From: Candidatus Latescibacterota bacterium
GTDB lineage: Bacteria; Latescibacterota; CBDEFO01
Direction: 5' to 3'
NCBI GenBank assembly: GCA_965237525.1
Contig: CBDEFO010000008.1
Location: 1,344,001 to 1,408,000, forward strand
Length of the DNA stretch: 64,000 bases
The notes under the pieces are model-generated. The model saw nothing but the letters and a program-made list of their open reading frames with translations. It was not told the origin of the DNA and made no database searches. This document shows, piece by piece, positions 61,106 through 64,000 of this stretch (positions are counted from its first letter, which is position 1; each line of letters starts with the position of its first letter). A program made the position numbers and the translations under genes.

Positions 61106-62624
61106 AAGCCTTGTGAAAAACCCTTAGATTCAGAAAGTAGTATAGAACAAGCATTGATAAAGCAGCTCCGATGTATTATATTATGTTATTGATAATATTA
61201 TACATGGAGGAAACAATGACCCCACAAAAGCAGGAACAGACAAATCCGATGTTTCACTATTTTCAGATGGAGGATTTAGTTCCCGAGGATCATATCCTTC
61301 GTCAGATTGATGAGGCAGTTGATTTTTCATTTGTACGAGACGTTGTATCAGATTGTTATTGCCCTGACAATGGCAGACCCGGTATTGATCCTGAATTAGT
61401 TGTTCGAATGATCCTTATTGGCTATCTGTATAATTTGAGTGAGAATCGGCTCTGTCAGGAAGTGGGGATGCATGCGGCATATCGGTTGTTTTGTCATCAG
61501 ACATTTGATGATGCGGTTCCGGATAGGAGCACGATCAACAAGCTTCGCAATCACAAGTGGGCATCCAGTGGGTTGTTTGAACGGATAATGCGTCAGGTAG
61601 TCCAGTGTTGCATAGATGTCGGTCTTGTGAGCGGTAAACACCTTAGTGTCGACGGCACTCAGATACAAGCTGATGCTTCAGTGAAAAGTATTGAGCCGAT
61701 AGAACCCCCTGTTTCTCTTGATGATTATCTCAAGGGAATCGGTTTTGAAGGTGATAAGACAAAGGGTAGGTCCGGGCATCCTCAGGATAAAGACTTTCAT
61801 GGTGAAAAGTGGACGAACCAAACACACCGTTCGACTACAGACCCCGACGCGCGCTTATACAGCAAATCGAAGGGCAAAGGGGCTTTTCTCTCGTTTATGG
61901 GCCATGATCTGATCGACACAAAAAGCAGAGTAATCCTTGAGACTCAGGGCACGCAGGCGACAGGGACAGCAGAGCCCGAAAGTGCCCTTAAGATGGTAGA
62001 TGACCTTGAAACATACACCATGCCCAAAGACATTCAGACACTTAGTGCCGATACCGGTTACGGTTCTGGTAATTTTATCGCTGATGTACTTGACCGGGGA
62101 ATCATACCCCATATTCCTCTGCGAGCCGATGAGAAGATTGAACCGATTCCTACATGGAAAAACAAGACAAATTCAGCACATATTCAGGCCGAACGGGATA
62201 GAAAAGTGCGAGAGGCGAAAGCCAGAAATCATGCACGGTCTATCTCATTAACAGCTGACTACAAACTCTCCCGGAGACTCCGTAAACGCAGTGAACATAT
62301 CTTTGCTGAAGCCAGGCAACAACACGGTATGGGACGAGCCCGTTATAGAGGACCAGCCTCACTGAATGAACAGTTGAATCTTGTTGCAACAGTACAGAAT
62401 CTCAAGAGACTTGTATCTTTCATAAGAAGGGGGAAAGCGTCTATGTGTGCCCTGCCTGTCAAAGACAGTGCATCCTGTTCTTCAAACAGCTCCTATTCCT
62501 TGCTGACCAGAACTCTGATAAGACTGTTTTGCTTATTCCACAGCAAAACGATACGATATGCTACTCTTTGACCCATAATCGGCGCTTCAGACGCTGCCTG
62601 GGACATAACTATTTCACAAGGCTT
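61106..62624 (+). mobile_element. IS1182-family insertion sequence, copy 2 (1519 bp), TTAA target duplication
   Basis: Same 13-bp IRs as copy 1; TTAA at 61102-05 and 62625-28. Confidence 0.92.
61216..62571 (+). CDS. IS1182-family DDE transposase
   Basis: Differs from copy 1 at about 5 residues. Confidence 0.9.
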   Translation: MTPQKQEQTNPMFHYFQMEDLVPEDHILRQIDEAVDFSFVRDVVSDCYCPDNGRPGIDPELVVRMILIGYLYNLSENRLCQEVGMHAAYRLFCHQTFDDAVPDRSTINKLRNHKWASSGLFERIMRQVVQCCIDVGLVSGKHLSVDGTQIQADASVKSIEPIEPPVSLDDYLKGIGFEGDKTKGRSGHPQDKDFHGEKWTNQTHRSTTDPDARLYSKSKGKGAFLSFMGHDLIDTKSRVILETQGTQATGTAEPESALKMVDDLETYTMPKDIQTLSADTGYGSGNFIADVLDRGIIPHIPLRADEKIEPIPTWKNKTNSAHIQAERDRKVREAKARNHARSISLTADYKLSRRLRKRSEHIFAEARQQHGMGRARYRGPASLNEQLNLVATVQNLKRLVSFIRRGKASMCALPVKDSASCSSNSSYSLLTRTLIRLFCLFHSKTIRYATL

Positions 62625-62833
62625 TTAAGCTGATGGAAGAAAAACTCACAAAAGACGCTCTAATAGTTGCCGACAATGCTGAAATGTTCAAGGACAGAAT
62701 GCAGGACTATCTTGAATATGTGCGGGATAAATACCAAAGCGTTTTAGTTCCAATAGGTACAGGTGTTGAGATGAGCCTACAATCAAGATGAAAATGGATA
62801 AACTTGCACATTTGATCACAAGGGAGTTGCCCT

Positions 62834-64000
62834 ATGGAAATATATGAAAGTTGGAGAGTTGCGGGGAGGAAGGTACATTCACTGGGCCACCACGTGCTCA
62901 TGTCCGCGGCGGCGCTGATCTGGGCACTCTCTTTGGTCAGCTGCGACACTCTGTTGACGGATTCGGTTCCAGTAGGGGAGAGCCTGGATGGTGCGTTCGA
63001 GGGGCTTTCGCCTGAGTTAAACGCTATGTTCGCCAGAGGTGATGAGCAGTTCGGCCGTGTCTTTACCGTCTCGGAGGGGTTGGGGCCTATTTTCAACCAG
63101 CCGAGCTGTGAAAGCTGTCATCCCGGGGATGGCCGGGGAACGCCCTCCAGAGCCCTGATTCGTTTCAGCCGTGGAGCGGATCTGGTCCCGGAGTTAGGAG
63201 GACCTCAGCTCCAGGATCATAGCATCCCGGGAGTGCCACCGGAGACACTGCCGCCCGGTGTGGACATATCAGTCAGGATGCCACCGCCGGTCTTCGGGGT
63301 GGGGTTGATCGAGGGGATTCCTGAGGAGACCCTTCTGACGCTTGAAGACCCTGACGATGCAGATGGGGATGGGATCTCAGGGCGTATAAATTGGGTGGAG
63401 GCCGCAGACTTTGTGCCGTCGTATATGGTGGGAGCAGGTCCGGGACTCGCCGTAGGCAGGTTCGGTCGCAAGGCGAACTTCTCCTCCCTGCTTGAGCTGG
63501 ATGTGGCGGCCCATCGTCAGGATATGGCATAACCAGCGACTTTATGCCGGAGGAGACCGTCCATGCCCAATTGGGCGATGTGGTTGGTGACGTGGCTCCC
63601 GATCCGGAGATTTCAGCCTCTGCGGTGTTAGATGTAGTGATGTATCTAAGGCTACTGACACCGCCCAATCGGGGTGAGATCACCGCTGTGGTTCGTAGTG
63701 GTGAAAAACTGTTCATGGAGATCAAATGTGTATCTTGCCACGTGCCAATGTTGAAAACGGGGCCAAGCCCGATCCCTCAGTTAAACCAGGTGGAGGCACA
63801 TCTCTATTCCGACCTTCTGCTGCATGACATGGGGCCAGAGTTAGCCGACAACCGGCCGGACGGGAGCGCCGATGGGTATGAATGGCGCACCCCGCCGCTC
63901 TTTGGACTGCGGCTGGCCGGCGATCCGTTAGGTGGGACTGCGTTCTATCTGCACGACGGACGGACTACGGATCTGGGCGAGGCAATACAACTACACGGAG
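62834..64000 (+). pseudogene. Di-heme oxidoreductase (DHOR/thiol oxidoreductase) lipoprotein, frameshifted, runs off window
   Basis: GLGPIFN..SCESCH, GRFGRKA; one G missing at ~63527; the downstream frame gives CVSCH, YSDLLLHDMG, WRTPPL, LHDGR. Confidence 0.85.

Larger units (their letters stand above)
60717..62791 (+). pseudogene. O-methyltransferase interrupted by IS1182 copy 2
   Basis: LEIGTSNGYSTLW, FLDA. Removing the IS and one TTAA restores ...YFKLMEEKL..LIVADNA...SR*. Confidence 0.9.

Noticed and set aside
1673..62624. Composite transposon bounded by the two IS1182 copies
   Set aside because: The outer flanks do not match, copy 2 has its own duplication, and the interval contains core genes.
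118..63725. Numerous short antisense or overlapping ORFs in the track (e.g. 29922..30797, 32060..32710, 3850..4305)
   Set aside because: They are shadows of well-supported genes and have no recognisable motifs.

Overview
Bacterial chromosomal segment. The gene content is cohesin/dockerin/FlgD-Ig secreted proteins, a DUF6785-type membrane protein, DUF4838, PhyH, Gfo/Idh/MocA and a C-terminal SWGxIK motif. This suggests a Latescibacterota/Poribacteria-like organism (inference only). The window holds two tRNAs, nuoB/nuoG, an intact housekeeping block (ecfT, truA, htrA-like, psd, pssA, tatA, gatA), many catabolic accessory genes and a DtxR-type metal uptake cluster. Mobile DNA comprises two 1519-bp IS1182-family copies in inverted orientation, an unusual TA-duplicating DDE element inserted in a REP, and a tRNA-Thr-derived att junction. 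About 14 accessory genes are broken, while core genes look intact. The most striking unannotated signal is a 21-bp hairpin, CCCCGATTGAATCTATCGGGG, with 13 copies. It nests inside other repeat families and has entered protein-coding sequence in frame. A short 6S-like RNA candidate is also present. All family assignments come from motif recognition by eye; no searches were run.
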